Positions 17,982 through 24,946 of a stretch of DNA of 44,892 nt are shown one piece after another. Position numbers and translations under genes: made by a program. This stretch comes from Parcubacteria group bacterium ADurb.Bin305. Its GTDB lineage: Bacteria; Patescibacteriota; Minisyncoccia; UBA6257. Below the pieces are notes generated by a model, which made no database searches, was not told where the DNA came from, and saw only the letters and a program-made list of their open reading frames with translations. The stretch lies in contig MWBJ01000002.1 in the NCBI GenBank assembly GCA_002069525.1, positions 1 through 44,892 of the forward strand, in the 5' to 3' direction. Position 1 is the first letter of the stretch. Each line of letters starts with the position of its first letter.

Positions 17982-19826
17982 TTAATAATAATATATTTTC
18001 GTAGCTAACTGAGGATATTTTTTCTGAAGAAATTCTACACTGAGACGATCCAGATTCTTAATATAAATAAAACCTCCTATTGATTCTGGTAAGGTAAGAC
18101 CTTGGGCAGAAGTAAGATTTCTAAGATAAAGAGAACCTCCTATTGATTCTGGTAAGGTAAGACCTTGGGCAGAGGTAAGACTACTAAGGTAAAGATTACC
18201 TCCTATTGATTTGGGTAAGGTAAGATCGTGGACAGAGGTAAGGCTATCAAGACTAAGATAGCCTCCTATTGATTCTGGTAAGGTAAGACCTTGGGCAGAG
18301 GTAAGACTACTAAGATCAAGATAGCCTCCTATTGATTCTGGTAAGGTAAGATCTTGGGCAGAGGTAAGACTACTAAGGTAAAGATTACCTTCTATTGATT
18401 TGGGGAAGGTAATATCTTGGGCCGAGGTAAGGCTATCAAGGCTAAGAGAACCTCCTATTGATTCTGGTAAGGTAAGACCTTGGGCAGAGGTAAGGTCACT
18501 AAGATCCAGATCGCCGTAGTGATAGATAATACCTCCTGCCAAAGCTTCTTCTTTAGTTAGACTAATTTCTTCTTCTTTACAACCTAAAACAAAAGCTAAA
18601 TCTGATTTAATATGGCGTTGCTGTCTGATTTCTTCTATTCTAGGATCTGCCTGCCAACCAAAACCCTCAATAGGAGAATCAATTTCATAAAGGAACCTTA
18701 GGTCTTCTTTAGTAAGCTCTAACCCTTGCTGATGTTTTTTCTCTATCTCAGTAAGGTATTTCATGTCTTGGCTCTTTTTTTGATACTTCTTTCCTTCTTC
18801 ACCAAATTCTTCAAGTTTTTTGGATAAAATATCAGTTTGAGCAATAATATGATCAAGATTCTGTTCATGAGCAATGCCTCTAATTTCTCCTATTCTATTA
18901 CAACCATCCATTCTGATAGCAATTCTAGGAACAGTGGGCTGACCATTTTGGTCGTAAGAATAGTAAACATAAAAATCACCTTGCTGAAGTTGATGTTGAG
19001 CAGTACTTTCTCCAGCAGTACACCAACCAGTAGACCAACCTTGTAAAGACTCAACTAAAGGAGTTGGGTCAGAACCCTGAGGATATTTTCTCCATTCTCC
19101 TTTAGTTTCTAAGAGTTCTTGTCCTTTAGTAGGGCCGACTTTTTCTAAAGCCCAAGCATAGAGTTTACCAAAATTAGCTTCTTTAAGAAGTTTCTTAAAC
19201 TCTGGATTATCCTCTTCTAAGGGAAGGTGTTCTTGGTTGGCTTTCTTAATAACAGCATCTAAGACATAGGCTAAAGCTTCTCTGTTTAAGTCAGGAAAAG
19301 GAGCTACAGTGGACTTATCTCGTTTAGCAAACATGTGCTTTTCTTTATCATAAACAGACAATTTAGTCATACCCTTAAAAGCCCAATATTTAGCCCACAT
19401 GGGGAAACTATCAGACAGAGGGGACAGAAAATAATCTAACCATAAATCTAAGGTTGCTTGTTGGTCTGCCCTGATAATTTCTGCAGCTTGCTGACGCATT
19501 TCTTGAGTAATTTCAATCTCTCCATAACCCTGCTCTCGAGCCAGTCTTCTTTGAGCCTCAAAATAACTATCAGGAATATCTTCTGGTTTGATAATATATT
19601 CCCGATGGTAGTATTCTTTGATTCTAGCTATTACTTCAGGATCATTCCGATGGCTTAAATGTGTTCTTTCTAACAGAGTCAGCCAATCAGTAATTTCCTT
19701 AGCTGGTTTCTGGGAGATTTCTACCCCTGATCTCTTTAATCTTTCTTGTTCATGCTGTACTGGTTCTGATTTATGAAGTTCTGGATTCTGTTTATGTAAA
19801 AATTGCCCTCCTGCATCTTCAAACAT
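17982..19826 (-). CDS. large hypothetical protein with seven C-terminal 21-aa leucine-rich-type repeats
   Basis: 614 aa with an unrecognised helical N-terminal region and a conserved-looking block GWSTGWCTAGESTAQHQLQQGDFYVYY...RIAIRMDGCNRIGEIRGIAHEQN. It ends in 7 repeats of L-x-SLTSAQGLTLPESIGGxLxL. Confidence 0.7.
   Translation of the reverse strand: MFEDAGGQFLHKQNPELHKSEPVQHEQERLKRSGVEISQKPAKEITDWLTLLERTHLSHRNDPEVIARIKEYYHREYIIKPEDIPDSYFEAQRRLAREQGYGEIEITQEMRQQAAEIIRADQQATLDLWLDYFLSPLSDSFPMWAKYWAFKGMTKLSVYDKEKHMFAKRDKSTVAPFPDLNREALAYVLDAVIKKANQEHLPLEEDNPEFKKLLKEANFGKLYAWALEKVGPTKGQELLETKGEWRKYPQGSDPTPLVESLQGWSTGWCTAGESTAQHQLQQGDFYVYYSYDQNGQPTVPRIAIRMDGCNRIGEIRGIAHEQNLDHIIAQTDILSKKLEEFGEEGKKYQKKSQDMKYLTEIEKKHQQGLELTKEDLRFLYEIDSPIEGFGWQADPRIEEIRQQRHIKSDLAFVLGCKEEEISLTKEEALAGGIIYHYGDLDLSDLTSAQGLTLPESIGGSLSLDSLTSAQDITFPKSIEGNLYLSSLTSAQDLTLPESIGGYLDLSSLTSAQGLTLPESIGGYLSLDSLTSVHDLTLPKSIGGNLYLSSLTSAQGLTLPESIGGSLYLRNLTSAQGLTLPESIGGFIYIKNLDRLSVEFLQKKYPQLATKIYYY
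18063..18509 (-). repeat. seven tandem 63-bp coding repeats
   Basis: The string CCTCCTATTGATTCTGGTAAGGTAAGACCTTGGGCAGAGGTAAG recurs with few substitutions at 63-bp spacing inside the 3' end of the 614-aa gene. Confidence 0.85.
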
Positions 19827-19853
19827 CTTTTTAAATATTTATTACTTTAAAAC

Positions 19854-19882
19854 ATTATACCACACAATTCTAATAACGTCTA
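19854..19882 (-). promoter_or_regulatory. promoter for the 614-aa gene (TAGACG, 17-nt spacer, TGgTATAAT)
   Basis: Minus-strand TATAAT at 19854-19859 with an extended -10 TG, and a -35-like TAGACG at 19877-19882; the ATG at 19826 lies about 28 nt downstream. Confidence 0.5.
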
Positions 19883-19924
19883 GCTCCCCTAAATTGAAGA
19901 GGACTCCTATTTAATTTGTGACTT

Positions 19925-20100
19925 TCATCTTACGTGATTTGAAGTAGGAGCGGCAAGGGTTAATTACCAAGAATTTGCTAAATAGTGAATTTTCGCGACC
20001 CCGGCTCGCGGCGCTCGCCTGTCGCCTTTGGCGCCAACTCGCGCATCGCTGCGCCTTTCTCACCCTGACGCAAATCAAGCAGTTGATTTGCTCCACCCCT
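19925..20100 (-). ncRNA. candidate structured ncRNA of unknown class (G+C-rich island)
   Basis: A sharp G+C island in an AT-rich spacer next to tRNA-Trp. Perfect hairpins at 20070-20091, 20041-20054 (GCGA loop in minus sense) and 19994-20010. The only ORF is a 61-aa Arg/Ala/Ser-rich artefact. Confidence 0.35.
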
Positions 20101-20168
20101 TAAAAGCTATCAACAAATAAATTTATCTCTTAAAATTAAAAACTGAAGCTTTGACATCTTACAACCAG

Positions 20169-20241
20169 CAGGGGCGGCAGGGCTCGAACCTGCAACCAAC
20201 GGTTTTGGAGACCGCTACTCTACCAATTGAGCTACGCCCCT
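20169..20241 (-). tRNA. tRNA-Trp (anticodon CCA), 3' CCA not encoded
   Basis: AGGGGCG TA GCTC-AATTGGTA-GAGT; anticodon stem GCGGT/ACCGT with loop CTCCAAA; T-arm GCAGG-TTCGAGC-CCTGC; acceptor CGCCCCT-G. Confidence 0.9.
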
Positions 20242-20266
20242 ATACTCTAAAGCATACCTCTAACAA

Positions 20267-21787
20267 TTAAAATGTCAACATTAATGAAAAATTAATTCTA
20301 TTACCAGATTGCAGAACTGTCTCCGGCGGTATTTTACTAGAAACGAATAATTGAGTTTCATCTAAGCTTTTTTTAAAATTAGTCATTGCCTCTCTTGATG
20401 GTGCCTCGGCTTGAATAGTTATATTGCTAATTAATTCTTCTGTTCCACTCCCTACAAAAATTCTCTTAATATTAACAGTTTCTTGTCTAGCCTTTTGAAA
20501 AATAGTATCTAATACCAATTTCCAATCTTTTTTCCATTGAGTGGTAAATTTAGCATACTCGACTAAAACATTAAACCATTCTGCTTCTTTCTGTAATGCT
20601 TCTTTTTGCGATTTTATACTAGGATCTACACTAACAGCTGCTAATTCTTTATATTTAGCGCTAATATTATTAAAAAATAAATGATTCAATAATATACAAG
20701 TTACTAATAAACAGCTTAAAGCTACTATAACCGAATTAGACCATAAAGCCACAACTCGCGTTATTAAACTTTGATAATAACTCTCTTCGGTTCCCAAAGG
20801 CGCTAAACTGACTATTGAATCTTCTCTTCGAGGAATTAAACCTCTTAAAGCCGCCCCAATTACACCAGCCCAATCTCGCCTCGTGCGCGCTAATGGCTGA
20901 GGTAAATTAAAATTTAAAGCTGTTAAATTATATTGTTTAGCTAACCAGAAAGTCAAGGTATTAACCATTCTCTCATCACTACTTAAAACAATAAAACGCT
21001 CTAAAGAATGACCTCTTTTCAAAGAGTAAAAGTTTAAAATCAAAGGAATTTCCCGCATTAAATGCTGCTGTAAATGGTTTAAAGTAATAGTTTTTGGAAT
21101 ATTTTGTCCAAAAATTTCCTGCCAAGAATCATAATCAAAGTAAATTAACTTATTCTGTTCTGTCACGATAAACTCCAAACCATCTACCCGAAGATCAATT
21201 ACCAGCACTGGTTTTTCTTTCTCCAAGAAGGTGTAAACAAAGCGCGAAACGCTAATCGCCCAAGGTTCAATAGCCACCACTTTAAAACCATAATCTTGCA
21301 AAATATCAGTATAGGGTTTAATTTGCCTTTTTATACCTAAAGCAATAAAAATTTCTTTTTCATCCCTGTTTTTATCAATAACTGTTCCCCAATCTTCCCA
21401 GTCAAAATAGGTCTCTTCTAACGGTAAAGGAGCTACCATTTGAGTGTTAAAAACTACCGCGTCCTGAAATTGCTCATCTGTAAGATCTGGCAAAGTAAAA
21501 ATATTGGTATAAAAATTGCTTGAAGGCAACGAAAGAATAAGCCAAATATGCTTATCCTTAGCCCAAATTTTTTGTTTTAAGGCGCCTATTAAAGCTTGAA
21601 ATTCTTCTGGTTTTTTTAAAATTCCATTTTCGATAACTCCGGGAGGTAATTTATATTGACCAATTTTAGCAACTTGATTAATTGTTTGATTGAAACCAAA
21701 AATTCGCAAGCTAAAATCATCAATAACCAACGCAGTAATTGGAAATTCTGGAACTAATAATTTTTGCAAATCAAACTTTTTTGCCAT
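20267..21787 (-). CDS. type IV pilus assembly PilM-like protein fused to a TM plus PilN-like C-terminal region
   Basis: PilM-like blocks (ITALVIDDFSLRIF, YKLPPGVIENGILKKPEEFQALIGAL, VVAIEPWAISVSRF, VLVIDLRVDGLEFIV), then a TM helix (VVALWSNSVIVALSCLLVTCILL) and a coiled region. Confidence 0.5.
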   Translation of the reverse strand: MAKKFDLQKLLVPEFPITALVIDDFSLRIFGFNQTINQVAKIGQYKLPPGVIENGILKKPEEFQALIGALKQKIWAKDKHIWLILSLPSSNFYTNIFTLPDLTDEQFQDAVVFNTQMVAPLPLEETYFDWEDWGTVIDKNRDEKEIFIALGIKRQIKPYTDILQDYGFKVVAIEPWAISVSRFVYTFLEKEKPVLVIDLRVDGLEFIVTEQNKLIYFDYDSWQEIFGQNIPKTITLNHLQQHLMREIPLILNFYSLKRGHSLERFIVLSSDERMVNTLTFWLAKQYNLTALNFNLPQPLARTRRDWAGVIGAALRGLIPRREDSIVSLAPLGTEESYYQSLITRVVALWSNSVIVALSCLLVTCILLNHLFFNNISAKYKELAAVSVDPSIKSQKEALQKEAEWFNVLVEYAKFTTQWKKDWKLVLDTIFQKARQETVNIKRIFVGSGTEELISNITIQAEAPSREAMTNFKKSLDETQLFVSSKIPPETVLQSGNRINFSLMLTF

Positions 21788-21973
21788 ATTAAAATTTAAT
21801 AAAGCTTATTATATAATCTAATTATATAAAATACTTACGTATTTCTTGCTTTTATAAATTATTATTAATAATAGCATTTATTGCTATTAAATGCAATGCA
21901 AAAATATACAAGATAATATAAATACCTTACCTCGAGATAGCAGTATTAAAACTATATAGTACAACTATTAAAA

Positions 21974-22018
21974 AACCCTCTCGAAATCCCTAATTTTTAT
22001 GGAATTCTAGAGAGGGTT
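21974..22018 (-). terminator. intrinsic terminator candidate overlapping the stop of the HAD-like gene
   Basis: AACCCTCTC / GAGAGGGTT 9-bp stem with a 27-nt loop, followed on the minus strand by TTTTT. Confidence 0.45.
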
Positions 22019-22605
22019 GTATTTTTAATAATTTGAACTATTTCCTGCCAATTAGCGGCACAATAGTTCTCATATCCGTGGCTGTGACTATGTCCAAAAA
22101 CTATAAAAATTATTTTACTAAACCTATCTCGCGCTTGCCTAACCACTTCCACATCATTCTCAATAACAATATCTGGCTTAACGGCCTGAATAACGGCTAG
22201 TTTCCCCTCAAGAAGCTCCGGGTAACAATTTTTCCGATGGTGAGCCGCAAAATATACTCGAGGATTTGGCACCAATTTGGCTAAATATTTTCTGGTATAT
22301 ACCAGAGTTATACTCGGCCTCATGGTATAAAAAATAATTTCTACCTTGTTATTCTGAAGCAATTCTGTCAACGACTTCTTTACCCCAACATACAATGGAA
22401 TGGATAGATTGAATACAGCTACTAAATACCAAATTGAGGTTACGAGGTGCCAAAAAAATCTATCTTGATCTCTATGAGGGTACTGAACTGTATTTTGAAC
22501 ATTTTGAAAAATGGGTATTCGGAAAAATTTACCTATTCTGCCACCAAAACCAATAAAATCTGAGGTTTGGCATAGGGTATCATCAATATCACACAAAATT
22601 CTCAC
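21997..22605 (-). CDS. HAD-superfamily phosphatase-like protein (deoxyribonucleotidase-like motif I) with hydrophobic insertion
   Basis: GTG start with AGGAGG 7 nt upstream. Motif I ILCDIDDTL and a late acidic motif VIENDVE, with an inserted hydrophobic segment HLVTSIWYLVAVFNLSIPLYVGV. Confidence 0.55.
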   Translation of the reverse strand: MRILCDIDDTLCQTSDFIGFGGRIGKFFRIPIFQNVQNTVQYPHRDQDRFFWHLVTSIWYLVAVFNLSIPLYVGVKKSLTELLQNNKVEIIFYTMRPSITLVYTRKYLAKLVPNPRVYFAAHHRKNCYPELLEGKLAVIQAVKPDIVIENDVEVVRQARDRFSKIIFIVFGHSHSHGYENYCAANWQEIVQIIKNTTLSRIP

Positions 22606-22624
22606 TGCTGCCTCCTTTCTTGCA

Positions 22625-23074
22625 TTATAACTCTCCTTGTATCAACTTCCTTAAATACTCTAAGGCCTCACTACTAGTCGGAAAAACAATATCGGCTGCT
22701 TCCATCACGAAGCTATGCCAATGAGGGTTTTCTGGCTGCATAACTACAACTACGTATTTACGCAACTGGTACGCCCAAGCCAATTCGAACATAGAACCAA
22801 TTGAAATTTTTGTCGTCTGGGTAAAGTCAAAAAAAACTATATCTGACTCTGCCACCATCCAGTTATCACGCTCTACTATAGCGTGATTTGTACATTCAGG
22901 GTGTTGGTAGCCTTCTGGCACTAAATTGTTTTGGTCCTTCAAGCACCCTTTAGCAATCATCGGGTGTAAGACCTCAAATCCATATTGGGAAAGAATTTTA
23001 CTGTATTTATTAAAATACTCCGCTACTTCTTGAAACGACTTGAAACTAATCGGGCCTCCGATATAAACTCTCAT
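22625..23074 (-). CDS. nucleoside 2-deoxyribosyltransferase-like (NDT/DUF4406-like fold) protein
   Basis: MRVYIGGPIS start, DIVFFDF, and GSMFELAWAYQLRKYVVVV containing the conserved Glu at the position of the NDT nucleophile. Confidence 0.55.
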   Translation of the reverse strand: MRVYIGGPISFKSFQEVAEYFNKYSKILSQYGFEVLHPMIAKGCLKDQNNLVPEGYQHPECTNHAIVERDNWMVAESDIVFFDFTQTTKISIGSMFELAWAYQLRKYVVVVMQPENPHWHSFVMEAADIVFPTSSEALEYLRKLIQGEL

Positions 23075-23079
23075 TTTTT

Positions 23080-23150
23080 TCCTCCTTGTATTAAATTTTC
23101 AAAATTTCTATTAAATAGAATAGCATTTCTAGAACATTTAGTCAAATAAA
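23080..23150 (-). promoter_or_regulatory. promoter plus 5'UTR plus RBS cassette, copy A (identical to 23826-23896)
   Basis: Minus sense: TTGACT, a 17-nt spacer, TATTCT, then a leader with palindromes TTCTATT-T-AATAGAA and AAATTTT-G-AAAATTT, ending in AAGGAGGA before the ATG at 23074. Confidence 0.65.
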
Positions 23151-23228
23151 GGAAACGTTATTGGATCTACAAAAATTTTTCCTTTTTTAATAATAAAATA
23201 CTATAAAAAATATTTCTAATAGTATAAA

Positions 23229-23260
23229 AATGCTTCCATTAAAAAACAAATGGAAGCATT
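23229..23260 (-). terminator. intrinsic terminator after the 180-aa hypothetical gene
   Basis: AATGCTTCCATT / AATGGAAGCATT 12-bp perfect stem with an 8-nt loop; followed by UUUUAUACU on the minus strand, 20 nt past the stop at 23280. Confidence 0.7.
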
Positions 23261-23279
23261 GATATATTATAATGCTGAG

Positions 23280-23822
23280 TTAAGCCTTAGCGTTATAATT
23301 TGTTATAACAACAGGATTAGCATTAGAAGTATTTGAAGAAGATGATTTCGGATCACCTAAATATTCATAAATTTCGAAATCCGACCCTAAACAAATTGAA
23401 CTCGAAACCTTGAGATTCCTTCTTAATAACAACCAGAATAAATCATTGAGTAATTGTGATTTAACAAGTATTTCTATAAACGCATCAAACCATTTAGCAC
23501 GGTAAGCACGAAACAAACGCGCAAATTTCTCATCATCAATTAACTCATCTTTTGTTATTTTACCATCTAGTGTCTGACTGGTTAACTCCGCAATGGTTTG
23601 AGTATCTACATTGTGTTCAAATTTATGATACAACAACTCACTATATTGCCACAAATACCTTAACAATTGAGGAACATCTCCCACTTTTTTACCCTGATAC
23701 GCTTTATTCTCCGCTGGTTTAATTTTCCTAATTTCGACTTGATTGTTAACAATTTCCTGCATTATTTCAGAATTTACAGTGCCTAACAACTCATTCAGAT
23801 ACTCTAATTCTTGATTACTCAT
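23280..23822 (-). CDS. hypothetical protein (180 aa)
   Basis: Start moved to the ATG at 23820-23822 (MSNQELEYL...), which sits behind AAGGAGGAG in the duplicated cassette; the track start at 23900 would read through the promoter. Helical, with a Ser/Asn-rich tail; no family recognised. Confidence 0.6.
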   Translation of the reverse strand: MSNQELEYLNELLGTVNSEIMQEIVNNQVEIRKIKPAENKAYQGKKVGDVPQLLRYLWQYSELLYHKFEHNVDTQTIAELTSQTLDGKITKDELIDDEKFARLFRAYRAKWFDAFIEILVKSQLLNDLFWLLLRRNLKVSSSICLGSDFEIYEYLGDPKSSSSNTSNANPVVITNYNAKA

Positions 23823-23825
23823 CTC

Positions 23826-23896
23826 TCCTCCTTGTATTAAATTTTCAAAATTTCTATTAAATAGAATAGCATTTCTAGAACATTTAGTCAAATAAA
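23826..23896 (-). promoter_or_regulatory. promoter plus 5'UTR plus RBS cassette, copy B (identical to 23080-23150)
   Basis: 71/71 nt identical to copy A by direct comparison; placed immediately after the terminator at 23951-23975. Confidence 0.65.
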
Positions 23897-23950
23897 TCAA
23901 ACATGATTAAACCTATGATAATAAACGTTATTAAATAATATCTAATAAAA

Positions 23951-23975
23951 AAGAGCTGTTGTAATTACAGCTCTT
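23951..23975. terminator. bidirectional intrinsic terminator
   Basis: AAGAGCTGT / ACAGCTCTT stem with a 7-nt loop, flanked by A6 upstream and T6 downstream; 31 nt past the stop of the 24006-24692 gene. Confidence 0.7.
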
Positions 23976-24005
23976 TTTTCTGCTATCTTGACTTTTTGGT
24001 TCTTA

Positions 24006-24692
24006 TTACTTTTCTTTGTTCTCTATTTGCTCTCTAAATTTCTTGATAATATCCCGCGCAGCGTCCTGACCACCTAAACCAAAAGATAAACCACCGGCAA
24101 TAGCTAACATAGCCATCAAGGCAGTAAAGAAAGTATTAACAATATACGGCGCTACTTTAAGTTGAGATAAAGCAGCTATTAAACCAAAAATGTATAGCAC
24201 CCAGCGCGATAAAGATCCTAAAGTATTCTGAAATTGCAATCCAGCACCTGCTACTGAGGCTCTCACAAAACGATCGGCATACTCACCCAACACAATAGCA
24301 GCCAACATAATAAGTATGGCTACAATAACATTAGGAATGTAAGCTACAATACTGCGGATAAAATCACCCACAGCTACTAACCCCCAAATATTACACGAAG
24401 CCACTAAGAATGATAGCACCAGCAACCATTTAACAACTTGACCTACAAAATAACCTGAATTCAATTTAATATCTGCCCTGTCAGTAAAATCTTTAAAACC
24501 AGTTTTTTCTAAAAAATGATCTATTTTTAAAGCGTCAATAATTTTCTCAATTATTTGAGCTAAGCCATTGCCTAAAATTATACCGATTAGAAAAACTATT
24601 AAACCACCCAAAAAGGTAGGCAAGAAAGTAACAAAACTCTGCCACAAACTGATTAAAGCGTTATAACTCGCTAATGATAAATTATTAATCAT
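24006..24692 (-). CDS. integral membrane protein with repeated conserved-TM-helix segments (MscS N-terminal-like)
   Basis: Several hydrophobic helices with recurring patterns (FLPTFLGGLIVFLIGIILGNGLAQIIEKII, IPNVIVAILIMLAAIVLGEYADRFV). Confidence 0.6.
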   Translation of the reverse strand: MINNLSLASYNALISLWQSFVTFLPTFLGGLIVFLIGIILGNGLAQIIEKIIDALKIDHFLEKTGFKDFTDRADIKLNSGYFVGQVVKWLLVLSFLVASCNIWGLVAVGDFIRSIVAYIPNVIVAILIMLAAIVLGEYADRFVRASVAGAGLQFQNTLGSLSRWVLYIFGLIAALSQLKVAPYIVNTFFTALMAMLAIAGGLSFGLGGQDAARDIIKKFREQIENKEK

Positions 24693-24767
24693 ATTCTATT
24701 TAGTAACAATTGTACTTTTATTAATTTTAAAATATTTAAATCGACCATCTGTTGTTCTTAACATCTA

Positions 24768-24797
24768 ATTATAGTATAGCAAAAATTTATCTGTCAA
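24768..24797 (-). promoter_or_regulatory. consensus sigma70 promoter (TTGACA, 18-nt spacer, TATAAT) for the membrane-protein gene
   Basis: Minus-strand TTGACA at 24792-24797 and TATAAT at 24768-24773. Confidence 0.6.
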
Positions 24798-24946
24798 GCA
24801 ATATATTATACTGGAAGGGTACATATTTTGGCTAAATAATCTCTAAAATATTTCTCGCTCTCTAAGTTATTAAATGATTAATAAAATAACACATTATTAA
24901 TGACAAATGAAATGACAAATTGCATATTACTAATGATAAATAAAAG

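Noticed and set aside
18063-18509. CRISPR or non-coding satellite interpretation of the 63-bp repeats.
   Set aside because: The repeats are contiguous with no spacers, lie in frame inside a long ORF, and encode a coherent 21-aa leucine-rich motif.
19911-20096. 61-aa ORF (MEQINCLICVRVRKAQRCASWRQRRQASAASRGRE...).
   Set aside because: It is Arg/Ala/Ser-rich only because it reads through a G+C-rich hairpin cluster. It has no RBS and is better explained as a structured RNA or DNA element.
19925-20100. Identification of the G+C-rich element as SRP (4.5S) RNA, RNase P RNA or tmRNA.
   Set aside because: - GUCAGGGUGAGAAAGGCGCAGC superficially recalls the SRP domain IV GUCAGGUCCGGAAGGAAGCAGC, but the stem closing the tetraloop does not pair.
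- There is no GAGGAAAGUCC/ACAGAAC-type P4 pair for RNase P.
- There is no tRNA-like T-arm or acceptor for tmRNA.

The class is left unknown.
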